Assembly: GCA_002633005.1 (NCBI GenBank)
Contig: NMRA01000025.1
Span: forward strand, 1,444,548-1,508,547
Direction of reading: 5' to 3'
DNA length: 64,000 nucleotides
DNA from: Phoronis australis
Taxonomy: Eukaryota; Animalia; Phoronida
A program made the position numbers and the translations under genes. Below the pieces are notes generated by a model. That model had not been told where the DNA came from. It was given only the letters and a program-made list of their open reading frames with translations, and did not search any database. Positions 62,145 to 64,000 of this stretch are shown here, piece after piece. How positions within the stretch are numbered: the first letter of the stretch is position 1; each line of letters begins with the position of its first letter.

Positions 62145-64000
62145 CTTGAACAACCTTCGCTTGAACCAACTCTAACGAAACAACTGTACACGCGCCTCGC
62201 TCTCGAATTCTTTACTGATTGTCAGACTCTGTTTACGCCGTGTTATACTGTGAACCTTACTACGCAAGTCAACAATGTCAAATGTTTATCATGTATTACT
62301 ACGCTGCTTACTTACGTTTGACGAAATGGGGTGATATAGAAATTCACGAATTTGTGCTTTCAAGACACAAATAAATTTATCGGTACAATCTAATGAGGGT
62401 ATAGGTTTGCATACTTGGTGGACACAAAGTCATGACATAAGTAGAATCATTCTTTGTCTCGGATGCATACATAGCAGCAAATTGACACAAAACCAGTCTG
62501 AATGGTAGCTCTATAACTGGAGTTTTGAAAAACCACATGTGGTGACCGTTTCGTGGGGTCAGTTTAGTCTCGATGTTTTTGATATCGATTGTATTTTTAA
62601 GTAAACAATTCTCATGTTAAAACTTGCACCAATTCCATGAAATCTGATTTAGAATAACATTTAATACAATTAAAAACACTAAAATTGACCCACACCGATA
62701 CTGCAAATAACAAATTTCCGCCGTAGGTAAGAACAAGTCATAAAACCGCAGTTTTATTTTTCACATTAAAATGGAAAGTTAGTGTTAATACAGGGCCGTA
62801 GGAAGCGATTAAACCGTGGCAACCGACATAGGCGTGGGGCCGGGAACAGTCGAGAAAAGAAAGAATGCGAAATACGGATAAGAGAGAAAATTCAAGAGGA
62901 CATTTAACAACTCTGCATCAGTGACCTTGGCCAGGACAATTGTCGTTAGGGTCTCCGCTTTTGCAGCACAGGTCGTCTAAACGCTCTTGAAAACGTGCAC
63001 GAAATCAGTCATACACATATTTCGAAAAATCGAGAAAGTTTGTAAAGCGACGCTTTTGCGGAGAGTACTTATTAACTGAATGTTTAAATTCCATAAGTTA
63101 ATTTTGCGAATGCAAAGCCGTATATTTTTTCCAGATGCCCCACTCTGGCAAGGGATAACGGAGAGAACTTTCGCTTTATTTTTTCTCGAAACTGTATAAT
63201 AAAATTTTTATTTGAGAAAAATTGATGACTTGACAGATAATGTCAATTGCTGCGCATATCCTATATTTAAAAATATAGATATCTTCATATTTAGGGGCCC
63301 GCCCTTGAAGGAGGCCATTGATGACATTCAAGTGGCCACCCTTTTAGTCACGGGGTTTTTATTAACAAATTCTTAAGGGACCGCTCACGGAGAGAGGGCC
63401 CAATGTTGGAATCGATTACCTCTATTTTCCTGTTTTTAGTGAAATCGTGCAACCGGCTTTCGTGTTGAAGGAGGTCACTTCACTCCCTGCATCGTTTTGG
63501 GACCACACGACGGTGGAATGAACTGTCACCCTTTTTTTCCAAGCTTAATGATGTTTAGCCTTTCATCTTAAGATGTCCCATTTCAGACGGTACTCTCTCT
63601 CGGTGGAGCAGTTCGGAGAAAATGTCCCTTTGTCCCTATATACATGTAAATCCGACACTGCCAAGTATTCACAATAAAAGTTGAGATTCCAAATTCATCA
63701 AAAAAAAAAAACACAAAACATTCATGCACAGCACAGCCACTNGGGGGGGGGGAGTTGTTTGGCCAAATCGAAATGGTTTGTGCCTCCTCCATCTCGTGGT
63801 CATGAAAAGTGGAACCGTATCATTCCAAATTTTCTCAGTAAAGTAGGCCTATTACCAAACTGACGGTGCTGCCTTTCATATGTGTTACTGGGAGGCAATT
63901 CTTTTTCAAAACAATCATTACTTGCATAAAGTGGTGGTTCACTGTTTTAATGCCAGATCATTCATCATTTTATTCGTTAGGCCTACGCACCATTTTAAGA

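Overview
AT-rich, intron-containing animal (invertebrate-like) genomic DNA with many MITE, SINE and LINE remnants and a few assembly Ns; the species cannot be determined from the sequence. Main content: (1) A 12-exon + strand gene (15154-34098, 808 aa by my manual splice model, all GT-AG and phase-compatible). It encodes a TNF-receptor-family ectodomain (signal peptide and ~3 cysteine-rich domains), a TM helix, and a cytoplasmic ZU5-UPA-like-death domain module of the UNC5/PIDD/ankyrin type. A cluster of NF-kB-like sites precedes it. (2) The last four exons of a diverged tandem paralog (123-6827), part of a segmental duplication (~100-9650 vs ~25690-37320). (3) A convergent 6-exon purine nucleoside phosphorylase gene (PNP, - strand, 45177-62144). 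(4) A non-autonomous Kolobok-like transposon with a THAP remnant, an L1/Tx1-like LINE fragment, satellites and a 196-bp palindrome. The top candidate system is the tandem, possibly NF-kB-regulated and rapidly diversifying family of TNFR-ZU5-UPA-DD death receptors. All domain calls are by eye, not by database search.
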